A stretch of DNA of 64,000 bases from an uncultured Nitrospiraceae bacterium (GTDB lineage Bacteria > Nitrospirota > Nitrospiria > Nitrospirales > Nitrospiraceae). Every line of letters starts with the position of its first letter. Within the stretch, counting starts at the first letter, position 1. The notes beneath the pieces are model-generated. The model saw nothing but the letters and a program-made list of their open reading frames with translations. It did not search any database and was not told the origin of the DNA. Below, in pieces: positions 8,710 through 18,033 of this stretch. The stretch lies in NCBI GenBank assembly GCA_963730935.1, contig CAVSTP010000003.1:128001-192000 (forward strand), written 5' to 3'. Both the position numbers and the translations under genes were made by a program.

Positions 8710-9093
8710 CTACATCGCTGCATGAATGCCGATTACTTTTTTAATTGCCGGGTAGAGTTCTTCCAAAGCGCTGGACTTTTGATAGACCCCTGCGGCTCCT
8801 GCCTTCTCCATCGCATCGGTGTTGTATCCATACGCGTACTCTGACAAGCCGATCACGTTCACAAGGGGATACTTGACTCTAATCTCGCGAGCCGCGGCGA
8901 TCCCATCCAATCCTGGCATGCGAATGTCCATAACCACAATATCCGGTTGAAGTCTCTCCACGGCGGAAATCGCTTCGTAGCCGGTCGCTGCCTCCCCAAC
9001 CAATTCCACATCTGGGTAGCTTGCGAGGATCTGTTTGAGAATCCGGCGGACCAAGGATTCATCATCTACGAGCAACACGCGTGTAGTAGCCAT
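8710..9093 (-). CDS. stand-alone NarL-type response regulator receiver protein
   Basis: LLVDD, VVMDIRMP, GLS, K; no DNA-binding domain. Confidence 0.9.
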   Translation of the reverse strand: MATTRVLLVDDESLVRRILKQILASYPDVELVGEAATGYEAISAVERLQPDIVVMDIRMPGLDGIAAAREIRVKYPLVNVIGLSEYAYGYNTDAMEKAGAAGVYQKSSALEELYPAIKKVIGIHAAM

Positions 9094-9175
9094 CGTTCAA
9101 CCTCCCCGATATTAAAGTGGGGAACTAACCAAACATAGCATGCCGGACTGTGATAGTTTACTAGAGAAATCGATA

Positions 9176-9202
9176 GGTTACATCATCCTACAGCGTTGTA
9201 GG
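9176..9202. promoter_or_regulatory. palindromic operator GGTTACA-N4-CCTACA-N4-TGTAGG
   Basis: Repeated with identical spacing at 14566-14592; core also at 30880-30895. Confidence 0.65.
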
Positions 9203-9364
9203 CTGTGACGTACGGAGGAAATTGGAAAAGTCAGTCGCCAATCATGAATCTGACGGGCTAGTAGGCCGTCGCTGACATTTCTGTCAGCCAAAAAGTACAA
9301 AAACCCTGAAAATTGTGCTTGATGCGGCAAACCAATCGGATATTCTGAAGATTGGCCTCTTCAG

Positions 9365-9913
9365 TTACTTCTTCGTACAGCGAAGGTCTGCCTTCTGAAA
9401 CTCTGCGATCTGCTGATCGTCGATCGAGAGAGGAGCACAGCCGTGGCCCTTTTCACACACGAAGTCGAACTTCGCCGCCGGCTGATGACAGCTTTGACAC
9501 GACGCCCCCAGCAAGAGATTGACGACGTGCTCGTCGCCCCGATCTCTGATCTTGGTGCCGGCCTCCGAAATCTCCAAAGCAAAAAACTCCCATCCGTTCG
9601 ATTTTGGGAACTTCTCGCGCGGGTGCTTCACCATGGCTTCAAACGGAACAAGCTGGAGAATGGTGCCAACTGGATACTCCTTGTCCGGCTCACTCTCGCG
9701 GAAGATCCGCATCGCCTCCTTCAACTTCTGTGGATCTTCATGCTTGAAGCGTGTATTTCTGACCTTCGGCCAGTCGAGGATGCACCCGAAGCTTTGCTCA
9801 GAAACGGTGATATCTTGAGCGGCGACGCTGGATGGCATTGAAAAGCTAAGCCAGACTGCAAGGAGAATCCCTGCACACACCCAGAGAGAAATTTGACGTG
9901 TGAACGTCGTCAT
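9365..9913 (-). CDS. exported monoheme c-type cytochrome, P460/c'-beta-like
   Basis: Signal peptide; YPVGT...MVK...GWEF...CQSCH..A..DFV pattern with C-terminal CxxCH. Confidence 0.7.
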   Translation of the reverse strand: MTTFTRQISLWVCAGILLAVWLSFSMPSSVAAQDITVSEQSFGCILDWPKVRNTRFKHEDPQKLKEAMRIFRESEPDKEYPVGTILQLVPFEAMVKHPREKFPKSNGWEFFALEISEAGTKIRDRGDEHVVNLLLGASCQSCHQPAAKFDFVCEKGHGCAPLSIDDQQIAEFQKADLRCTKK

Positions 9914-9948
9914 GTGGCGTCCTCCTCTCTTTGACTGACACTATCGCT

Positions 9949-10965
9949 TTAGTTCATGGTGAGCACCACGCGAAACCGCGCCTTGCCGCTCAACATCTGC
10001 TCGTAGCCCTTCGCGGCTTGTTCGAGCGGTAACGTCTCAACCATGGGTCGAATCCCTGTGAGGGCGGAGAACTGCAACGTGTCTTCAGAATCCCGGGCCG
10101 TCCCTGATGGCCATCCTCGAATGGAGCGGCGGCTCATGATGAGTTGAACGGGTGTCACGTTGATGGGATCGGCGGAGGCTCCGACGACGAGCAGTTGTCC
10201 TCCAACCCCAAGCCCGTCAATGAGGGCCGACATGGCCTTACTGTCCGGAGCGGTCGCAAGAATCACCGACGCGCCGCCAAGATTCGTGAGTTCTTTCGCG
10301 ACGTCGACGGCACTGCTGTCGAGATATCGGACGGCGCCAAGCTTCAGGGCGAGGGACTCTTTGTCCTGGCCTCGACCGATGGCCACCGTGTGAAATCCCA
10401 TTTTGCTCGCGAACTGGATGCCAAGATGTCCAAGTCCGCCCAGACCCTGCACGGCCACCAGATCGCCCGCCTGTGCTCCACTGCGGCGCAAACTATTGAA
10501 CGTCGTGACCCCCGCACACAACAGAGGGGCCGCTTCGACCGGTGATAGGGCATCGGGGACCGCCGCCACGGCTTCCTGTCTCGCGATCATATATTGGGCA
10601 TAACCGCCGTCTTCCTGGAATCCGGTCACTTGGAAATATCGGCAGCCCATGAAATCGCCACGCCGGCAAGGATCGCATTGACCACAATGGCCGCCATGCC
10701 AACCCACGCCAACCCGTTGGCCTTTCTTCCACGCCGTGACACCCGCGCCAACCTCGTCGACTATTCCGGCCACCTCGTGGCCCGTGACACGCGGGTATTG
10801 CAGGCCGGGCCAATAACCCTCTTTCACAAACATGTCGCTATGACAAATCCCACAGGCTTGGACTCTGATGCGGATCTGGTTCTGCCCGGGCGTTGGGATC
10901 TCTCTCTTGATCGCTTCGAATGGCCCACCTGGTGAGCGGATTTGAACAGCCGTCATTTGTGGCAT
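9949..10965 (-). CDS. zinc-dependent alcohol dehydrogenase
   Basis: GICHSD, GHE, CxxCxxCx7C, GLGGLG; AGGAGG SD. Confidence 0.95.
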   Translation of the reverse strand: MPQMTAVQIRSPGGPFEAIKREIPTPGQNQIRIRVQACGICHSDMFVKEGYWPGLQYPRVTGHEVAGIVDEVGAGVTAWKKGQRVGVGWHGGHCGQCDPCRRGDFMGCRYFQVTGFQEDGGYAQYMIARQEAVAAVPDALSPVEAAPLLCAGVTTFNSLRRSGAQAGDLVAVQGLGGLGHLGIQFASKMGFHTVAIGRGQDKESLALKLGAVRYLDSSAVDVAKELTNLGGASVILATAPDSKAMSALIDGLGVGGQLLVVGASADPINVTPVQLIMSRRSIRGWPSGTARDSEDTLQFSALTGIRPMVETLPLEQAAKGYEQMLSGKARFRVVLTMN

Positions 10966-11050
10966 GTCGGGCCTCCTTGAGACTATCGCGGTCGGGAACT
11001 TGTGAAACATTAGCTACAGTGCATGAACGCGATTAGCTTATCCCCAACGG

Positions 11051-11590
11051 TTACTTACACTTGGGCGTTGTCGGCTGAGGCAGAGCCTCGACCTCACCTG
11101 GTTTGTAGTGCGTTTTCCCTCCATGTGCTTCGTGTTCCCCATGGGGCGCCACGTCGAATTCGGCTACTGCTACATGCTTCAGCCAATACCCTTCCTCGCC
11201 CTTCGCGCCGTGCATTGACGTATCTCCGGTCGCTGGGGTATTGGTCCGATGAAAATGGGTAAAGCCGGTCCTTCCATGATCAGGCTGAGAGTCGGTGCAA
11301 AAGCGGCCTTTGATGCCTTGGCCCACCCACTGCAATACGGCAGTGGGGTCGCTCACTGGCTTGTCGAACATCATGAACTGCACCCGACCATTGCCTTCAT
11401 CCAACCACAGATGGTTGGGCGGGTTTGGGTGTACGGGCTCAAACGTATAAGCTTTTATAAGGATTGCACCGATATTATTGGCGGCCTCTGGCGAGGCAAC
11501 CGTTCCTTCTCCGGCATTGCTGGTATTGAACGAGATGCTGGCGAGTAGACCAACCAATACAATACTGATGATCACGATCTTGCTAGACAT
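11051..11590 (-). CDS. exported His-rich hypothetical protein
   Basis: Signal peptide; GFTHFH, YWLKH, HGEHEAHG; two Cys; GGAGG SD. Confidence 0.75.
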   Translation of the reverse strand: MSSKIVIISIVLVGLLASISFNTSNAGEGTVASPEAANNIGAILIKAYTFEPVHPNPPNHLWLDEGNGRVQFMMFDKPVSDPTAVLQWVGQGIKGRFCTDSQPDHGRTGFTHFHRTNTPATGDTSMHGAKGEEGYWLKHVAVAEFDVAPHGEHEAHGGKTHYKPGEVEALPQPTTPKCK

Positions 11591-11809
11591 GGCAAACCTC
11601 CATAGGAATGTTGTTTGGTGCCTGAATGACCTGACCGACCAAGTCGGTGATGTAACGATGGAAGTTTGTAAAAGCCCCCCTAAGCGGAGGTAGCATTTCT
11701 CCCCGTCGTTGGGAACTGTCAGAAATGCCAGAGACTGGCAGAACTTCGTTCCCAATCATTTCTTCTGAACAACGAACGGCAGCGGGGGACTCACCACAGT
11801 GGGCCGCCA

Positions 11810-12025
11810 CTAGTAAAAGCACGAGTAAGACCGGCACCCGTTGGAAACATCCGGTTGCGGGGACTCAGCGTCTTCAAGAATGAGGCAATGGGTGATTGTG
11901 TTTCGATAGTCGATCCGACCACAGTCGAGACAATGCCATGCTGCGACCCCCTTGGTTTTGATAGGTCCTCCGGACACGATCAAATCTTCCTCCATCATGC
12001 ATCCCTTGCAGCGTTCGCACTTCAT
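11810..12025 (-). CDS. small zinc-ribbon protein
   Basis: MKCERCKGCM...WHCLDCGRIDY; GGAGG SD. Confidence 0.7.
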   Translation of the reverse strand: MKCERCKGCMMEEDLIVSGGPIKTKGVAAWHCLDCGRIDYRNTITHCLILEDAESPQPDVSNGCRSYSCFY

Positions 12026-12310
12026 CGTGCCTCCCTTCATCTATGGCTCGCCCTAATCGGTCTTATCATCGGAAGCCGTACTTCCGCCGAACGTCTTCCT
12101 TCATATTCGCCAAAATTTCGAGAGCCCAGCCTAGAATAAGGCGTTGAGGCTTGGCGCTCTGGAAAACCCTTGATTGTCGTAAATTGTGCGTTACGGAAAT
12201 GTTGAAGCGCGATGCCATCGAAATATGGAGAAGGATGAAACTCGGCGCAGACCTCATGTGCCCATTGCATTCCACTCTGTTGTCTGCCTACATTTGGTGA
12301 AACACCGTAC

Positions 12311-13798
12311 GTGACGAAGGCTATGCCACAAGTGCCCTCTCAACATTCTTCTCTGGTCCCCCTGCAGTCAGTGGTGGAAACGGAGAAGAAGCTCGCCGTA
12401 GCCGATGACTTCAGGCTGCCGGCCTTTTCAGGTGATCCGCTTCCCCGACGAGTGTTCAGATCAACCTACTTCGACACACTGGACCATTGTCTTGCCCGCT
12501 CGAGCATTACCCTTCGTCGTCGTCTCGACAAGGGATCGACCGTCTGGCAGATGAAATTGCCTCCCCTCAACGGAGCTCGCCGCGAACTTGAGTTGCGAGA
12601 GGCGTCAACGACGCCGCCCACTCGATTCGTCGACGCCTTGATCGTGCTTCACGAGGGCAAACATCTGGTTCCCATCGCCGATTTGCGTACGTCTCGAACC
12701 GGAGTGCGCGTGCCTGATGGCAAGAACAACGGAGTGGAAGTGGTGTTGGATACGGTGGCGGTCCTTCGGAAAGGGTCAGTCATCCAGCAGTTCAAAGAGC
12801 TCGAGATTGAGTCATTGAATGGAGACGATGAATCTATCGAGAGGCTTGCCTCAAAACTCTATGGAGCGGGAGCACGACCCCATGACGGCAGGCCGAAATT
12901 ATTTCAAGCCCTTTCCCTCGCCTACCACGCACTGGACGAGCCGGAGAGGGAAGCCTCGATCGTCGATCACGTGCGGCATCGTTTGATGCAACAGTTGGAC
13001 ACTCTCAAACAGTGCGATCCTGGCGTTCGCTTATGTGGGGACATCACAGATGTGCATCGTATACGAGTCGCGGCGAGGCGGATGCGGACCATCCTCATTG
13101 CCGTGCGTAAAATTGCTTCCACAGAGTGGGTTGAGCCACTTCTTTCGGGGCTCAAGTGGCTCGGAGAGGTGTTCGCCCGAGTGCGCGATCTGGACGTGCA
13201 AATACAATATTTCAAGTGTGAGGCCGAGCAGTTGAAATCCCGTGACCGACGCCCGCTCGAACGGTTCCTGCGCCACTTGCAGAGCGACCGGGAGCAAGCT
13301 CACCAGATGCTTCTCGACGAAATGAAAAGCGCGCGGTATGTGGGATTTGTCAGTAAACTACGGGATGCCACAGAAGCCCCAGCCATCGTCAATCTGGAGT
13401 ACACTCTCACCGATGCCGCTGCCCGTCAATTTCGCAAGCTTCGAAAGGCGGTCCGGAAACTCAACGGATCCGTTTCGAACGCCGAGCTTCATCGGATTAG
13501 AATCAAAACCAAACGAGCGCGATACGCGGCAGAATTGGCTCAAGAAGGCGATAGCAAAGCGATCGGTCGATTTATCAAGGCGGCCACACGATTTCAGGAC
13601 CTGTTGGGCGTGCATCAAGACGCGGTGTTGGCGGAACGGTATGTCGAGGGATTCCTGAAATACCAGGGCAGGCGGCAGGCTGCGTTCACGGCAGGCCTAC
13701 TCGCTGCGCGGGCTAATCAGCGGCGTGAGGAAGTACGCAAGGAATTTTGGTCTGACTGGAAACGCCTGAATAAACGGGGAAAGCGTGCATGGAATTAG
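12311..13798 (+). CDS. CYTH + CHAD domain protein (polyphosphate-related)
   Basis: ETEKK, YFDT..LRRR, ELEIE (CYTH); VHRIRVAARRMR, RDLDV, HRIRIKTKRARY, LGVHQD (CHAD). Confidence 0.92.
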   Translation: MTKAMPQVPSQHSSLVPLQSVVETEKKLAVADDFRLPAFSGDPLPRRVFRSTYFDTLDHCLARSSITLRRRLDKGSTVWQMKLPPLNGARRELELREASTTPPTRFVDALIVLHEGKHLVPIADLRTSRTGVRVPDGKNNGVEVVLDTVAVLRKGSVIQQFKELEIESLNGDDESIERLASKLYGAGARPHDGRPKLFQALSLAYHALDEPEREASIVDHVRHRLMQQLDTLKQCDPGVRLCGDITDVHRIRVAARRMRTILIAVRKIASTEWVEPLLSGLKWLGEVFARVRDLDVQIQYFKCEAEQLKSRDRRPLERFLRHLQSDREQAHQMLLDEMKSARYVGFVSKLRDATEAPAIVNLEYTLTDAAARQFRKLRKAVRKLNGSVSNAELHRIRIKTKRARYAAELAQEGDSKAIGRFIKAATRFQDLLGVHQDAVLAERYVEGFLKYQGRRQAAFTAGLLAARANQRREEVRKEFWSDWKRLNKRGKRAWN

Positions 13799-13814
13799 AA
13801 GCTTCTAGGCTCTG

Positions 13815-14016
13815 TTATGTGTTCGAGGCGGGGTTGACCGCGACTGATTCAGTGTAGCGTACTCGAATAGTGGGCCGATCTGAAAGAAATTCCCGAGACA
13901 GCTCCCTCACGATAGTCGAGAAGGTTCCGTTCATCCTCATTCATCGTCCCTTCTTTGCAAAGCAAACGCTCACATGCACGAGTGTAGGCCGCGATCTCTT
14001 GGCAGACATGGCTCAC
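13815..14016 (-). pseudogene. probably frameshifted small helical protein, paralogous to 21104..21313
   Basis: VCQEIAAYTRACERLL...NEDERNLLDY, continuing in a shifted frame as VRELSREFLSDR. Confidence 0.45.
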
Positions 14017-14091
14017 GATTCGGCCACCTTTTTCATGACGGAGTGATCCTTAGTATCTTCTCCTGAATGGTTTCACGGCCGCGGCTTTTAA

Positions 14092-14484
14092 TCAAGCCAA
14101 CGATTCCGGGAACTCATGCCCACTGGCTTTCGTGATAGCCCCGTATAGTTCTTCCGTGGCTTTCGATTTTCGATACACGCCCACGGCGCCGGCTTTTTCC
14201 ATCGCATCGGCATGATATCCGTCTGCGTATTCTGACAAGCCGATAATTCTCACATGGGGATATTTACGTGTGATCTCCCGAGACGCGGCGACCCCATCCA
14301 TTCTCGGCATGCGAATATCCATAACCACAATGTGAGGTTGGAGTCTCTCCACGCTGGAGACAGCTTCGTCTCCGGTCGCTGCCTCGCCAACCACTTCCAT
14401 GTTTGGATATGCTGTCAGCATTCGTGTGAGAACCTGACGAACCAAGCACTCATCGTCCACGAGCAAGACGCGAATAGTTGTCAT
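14092..14484 (-). CDS. stand-alone response regulator receiver protein, paralog of 8710..9093
   Basis: LLVDD, VVMDIRMP, GLSEYA, AMEKAGA shared with 8710..9093. Confidence 0.9.
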   Translation of the reverse strand: MTTIRVLLVDDECLVRQVLTRMLTAYPNMEVVGEAATGDEAVSSVERLQPHIVVMDIRMPRMDGVAASREITRKYPHVRIIGLSEYADGYHADAMEKAGAVGVYRKSKATEELYGAITKASGHEFPESLA

Positions 14485-14565
14485 TCCTGTCCCCTCCGAT
14501 GTTAATGGGGAAGTGAGCCGCTGGAATGTAGCATGCCCGGAAGTATTTCGGTATATAAAGCGCTG

Positions 14566-14592
14566 GGTTACACCTGCCTACAAGCTTGTAGG
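14566..14592. promoter_or_regulatory. palindromic operator, second copy
   Basis: GGTTACA-cctg-CCTACA-agct-TGTAGG upstream of REC gene. Confidence 0.65.
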
Positions 14593-14644
14593 CACCTTAT
14601 TACAGAGGAGATCGCACGAGCAATGATGTCAACCTGATTTTTCA

Positions 14645-15640
14645 CTATTTGTCGAACGCGAACACCTTCTTCCAATCCTGTTTCATATCAACCACCGTCC
14701 AGCCTTTGGCTTTGGCTTCATCGAGCCCTTTGTCGAGTTGACCGATATGCGACTGGCGGTCGTAGGCCCATTCGCGCGCGGCGTCGGTGTGATGTACATA
14801 GAGACAGAAGCGCGCGCCGGCACCCGCGCAGGTCCACTGAAGCATCTGCAAGTCGCCATCCGAATTGCCGAAGGCGGCGATGGGACGGTGGCCGATGTAG
14901 GTTTGTATGGCGACGGGTTTCCCCGCCTTGTCGTCAAAGAAATTCAGCTCCGGCAGCTTCATCAGCGTAGGTGTTCCATCGCGCAGATCGAATTTCAATT
15001 TGCCGCTGCTGCCCACGACCTGCTCTGGCGGGATGCCATAGGCTTTTTCGACCCACGGTCGCATGAACTCGACGCCGCCCCCGGACACGATAAACGTTTT
15101 GAAACCATTCGCTCGCAGATAGGCAAGCACCTCGACCATCGGCTGATACAGCATCTCCGTGTAAGGCTTCTTCTTCATGGGATGTTTTGCGGTCGCGATC
15201 CAGTCGGTGACGAACCTTTCAAACTCTTCCGTCGTCATGCCGGCGTGCGTGGCCATCACGATTTGGAAAACGGCCGGCTCGCCCCCAGCCAGCGCACCTT
15301 TCACATCACCCTTGAGCAGCGAGGCAAACGGTTCCTTGTCCTTCCACTCCGGATGCTGCGGCGCGAGCGCCTTGACCCGGTCGAGCGCAAACAGGAGTTG
15401 GAAATACATCGGCTGCTCGGCCCACAACGTGCCATCGTTGTCGAAGGTGGCGATGCGTTCTGCCGGCGGCACGAACTCAGACCCGCCTTCCTTTGTCACT
15501 TTCGAGACAAATTCGACGATGGCTTTCTTCGCCGCGCCATCATTCCACGACGGAAGAGGATCGGCGGCCTGAACCAATCCGGCGCAGAGCACTGACTGAG
15601 CCGCCACGAAGATCAATGCTTTGACGATGCCGTGCCTCAT
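14645..15640 (-). CDS. exported HAD-family hydrolase (nonspecific acid phosphatase-like)
   Basis: Signal peptide, LPSWND, FDNDGTLW, IVSGGG, FGNSDGD. Confidence 0.92.
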   Translation of the reverse strand: MRHGIVKALIFVAAQSVLCAGLVQAADPLPSWNDGAAKKAIVEFVSKVTKEGGSEFVPPAERIATFDNDGTLWAEQPMYFQLLFALDRVKALAPQHPEWKDKEPFASLLKGDVKGALAGGEPAVFQIVMATHAGMTTEEFERFVTDWIATAKHPMKKKPYTEMLYQPMVEVLAYLRANGFKTFIVSGGGVEFMRPWVEKAYGIPPEQVVGSSGKLKFDLRDGTPTLMKLPELNFFDDKAGKPVAIQTYIGHRPIAAFGNSDGDLQMLQWTCAGAGARFCLYVHHTDAAREWAYDRQSHIGQLDKGLDEAKAKGWTVVDMKQDWKKVFAFDK

Positions 15641-15724
15641 CGTGACATCGCTCCAATTCGAAGCATGGACTCCATACAGCACTTCTGCCGGCCATAGACC
15701 GGCTGCAGTGCTGCGCACTGTCGA

Positions 15725-15853
15725 TTAGTTGCCTGGATGCCCGATAGCCTCCAACCCCTCCAATTTCTTGAGCGCCTGCATTGCCTTGAGCGTCGTATAG
15801 TTGATGTTGGCTGCATTCAGACTGGTTCCTTCCTGGCAGGGATACAGGGGAAT
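15725..15853 (-). pseudogene. C-terminal remnant resembling an arylsulfatase tail
   Basis: YPCQEGTSLNAANINYTTLKAMQALKKLE recalls the C-terminus of AslA-like sulfatases; sits between HAD and FGE-cluster genes; no catalytic domain present. Confidence 0.5.
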
Positions 15854-15964
15854 CGTTGGTTGCTTCCGTGCGCATGGACCAATACGCGCGATGGACATTC
15901 TCAGTTCGACAAGAAGGAACATGAGTCACAGCGAAGATGACTCCTCTCCGCAATTGAATTTTCC

Positions 15965-16738
15965 TCACTTCATGTCGGCCAACAGGTCCGTGAGCGCTTG
16001 ATCGGCGAAGTCGATTTGAATCAGCCCGTAGCGTGGATAGTCGAGATCGTAGATGACATAGATGGTGATCGTCATCATGAACGCAAACGCCAGCCAGTGA
16101 AAACCCGCGTGGCGGGTGTGGCTACTGCCGATCACGTAGCCTGCCAGGAGAGAGCAGACAAGCCCGAGCGTCAACAGCATGGCCATGATGAGCTTTGGGG
16201 TATGGGTCAGCGCTGCAATGGCGCGCCTGGTAGTGACATCGATCATTTCGTTTAGCGCTGGCACCACGATAATGGTCGCCTGCAGCGGCGCCTCTGCAAG
16301 GGCAGCGACTGTGCCAGTCCAGATTTCCCGTTGGAGCTTGGCGGCCATAGCCTCGTGCGGTTGGTGCGACGAATCAAGGTCAGTCCGATAGACGGCGATC
16401 CGTGCCTCCAGATACTGGCGGTATTTGTCACGCAGGGCTGCTTGTCGGACAACAGGCAGAAGATCGATGCGCAAATAAGACGTGCCGATGGCATTCGCTT
16501 CGTTTACGACGAGCTGTCGGCGCATCTCGTACCGTTGTGCCGCGCCTGAGAAGGTAAAGGCGATCATCAGCCCCATCAACCCGAAGATGGCCGCCTCGAC
16601 TGCCGTCAACTGGATGCGGCCCGAATCCGTCCCCACATCCTTTTCGCGACGACCCAGTCGCTGTCCAATGATCAGGCTCAGCAGCATGCCGGCGAACACA
16701 CCGATGAGGAGCAGTACACTCGTCGTGTTGAAGCTCAT
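15965..16738 (-). CDS. DUF4239 / bestrophin-like membrane protein
   Basis: AFTFSGAAQRYEMRR..EANAIGT..LR, ALNEMID, DLDYPRYGLI. Confidence 0.85.
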   Translation of the reverse strand: MSFNTTSVLLLIGVFAGMLLSLIIGQRLGRREKDVGTDSGRIQLTAVEAAIFGLMGLMIAFTFSGAAQRYEMRRQLVVNEANAIGTSYLRIDLLPVVRQAALRDKYRQYLEARIAVYRTDLDSSHQPHEAMAAKLQREIWTGTVAALAEAPLQATIIVVPALNEMIDVTTRRAIAALTHTPKLIMAMLLTLGLVCSLLAGYVIGSSHTRHAGFHWLAFAFMMTITIYVIYDLDYPRYGLIQIDFADQALTDLLADMK

Positions 16739-16963
16739 GTCGTTTGCCCCCTCTATTGTTTCGCAAGCCGCAGTTCCGCCGAACTCAGGGTTGAGTCGAC
16801 GGAAGGATACCCGGATTTCGCACTAAGATCGAGGTGGTAGGCAGACTCTCGCCAAATATGTGCATCCACCAGTCTGGTAAAATTGCCCTGTCAATTCTGA
16901 CAGTTGAACACAGGTAATCACGTCGCTATGGTGGCATGAAAAATTTGCCGTCAAAGGTCGTTC

Positions 16964-18007
16964 ATGAGCAACGCGAATCGAAGACTGTACGCCTATGTGC
17001 TGTTGTTCATCTGTGCCGCTATTGTGGCTTGGGTAGGGCGCGATCGGTTTGCGCTTTCCTCTCGCGCACCTGAGGGAATGGTATGGATCGCAGGAGGCGA
17101 ATTTTGGATGGGAAGTGATTTTCCCATGTTTCGCGATGCCCAACCTGTTCACCGGGTACACGTTGACGGCTTCTTTCTGGACAAGGCGGAGGTCACCAAC
17201 GAACAGTTTGAACGTTTTGTGCAGGCAACGGGTTACATGACGGTTGCCGAGCGTATTCCATTGCCAGAGGATTTTCCTGGTGCACCACCAGAAAATCTGA
17301 TTGCGGGCTCTGTCGTCTTCACCGCTCCACCCGGGCCGGTTCCGCTCGACGATCACTTTCGATGGTGGAGTTACATCAAGGGGGCCGACTGGCGTCATCC
17401 ACAAGGGGCAGGAAGTACCATCGAGGGGAAAATGAATCACCCCGTCGTGCATGTCGCGTACGATGATGTACTCGCTTTCGCCGCATGGACCGGCAAACGG
17501 CTTCCAACAGAGGCGGAATGGGAGTTTGCCGCGCGAGGCGGTTTGAACAAAAAACCCTATGTCTGGGGAGATGATTTCGAGCCGGAAGGCAGGCCCATGG
17601 GAAACTCATTCCAAGGCCATTTCCCCGATCACAATACGGCCCACGACGGTTTTGAAACCACCGCTCCTATCATGTCGTTCCCGCCCAACGGGTATGGGTT
17701 GTATGACATGGCAGGCAATGTGTGGGAATGGACTTCAGACTGGTACCGCCCCGATTACTACCGGACGGTCGCCGCTTCCGGCGTCGTCCGTAATCCCCAA
17801 GGACCATCCGACAGTCTCGATCCGAGCGAACCGGGAGTGAGGAAGAAGGTTCACAAAGGAGGTTCCTATCTCTGCACAGATCAGTATTGCGCCCGCTACA
17901 TGCCCGGCGGCCGCGGGAAGGGGGCGACAGATACCGGGACGTCACACCTTGGATTTCGCTTGGTGAAGGATGTACCTAGGACCGCAGCAATGAGTGCGGC
18001 CGATTAG
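16964..18007 (+). CDS. formylglycine-generating enzyme (SUMF1 family)
   Basis: RLPTEAEWEFAARGG, GLYDMAGNVWEW, GGSYLCTDQYCARY (both catalytic Cys), HLGFR. Confidence 0.93.
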   Translation: MSNANRRLYAYVLLFICAAIVAWVGRDRFALSSRAPEGMVWIAGGEFWMGSDFPMFRDAQPVHRVHVDGFFLDKAEVTNEQFERFVQATGYMTVAERIPLPEDFPGAPPENLIAGSVVFTAPPGPVPLDDHFRWWSYIKGADWRHPQGAGSTIEGKMNHPVVHVAYDDVLAFAAWTGKRLPTEAEWEFAARGGLNKKPYVWGDDFEPEGRPMGNSFQGHFPDHNTAHDGFETTAPIMSFPPNGYGLYDMAGNVWEWTSDWYRPDYYRTVAASGVVRNPQGPSDSLDPSEPGVRKKVHKGGSYLCTDQYCARYMPGGRGKGATDTGTSHLGFRLVKDVPRTAAMSAAD

Positions 18008-18033
18008 CTTCAACCTTGCTCCTCACCGGAACG

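Noticed and set aside
14738..15595. 285-aa plus-strand ORF
   Set aside because: Antisense shadow of the HAD gene; no motifs
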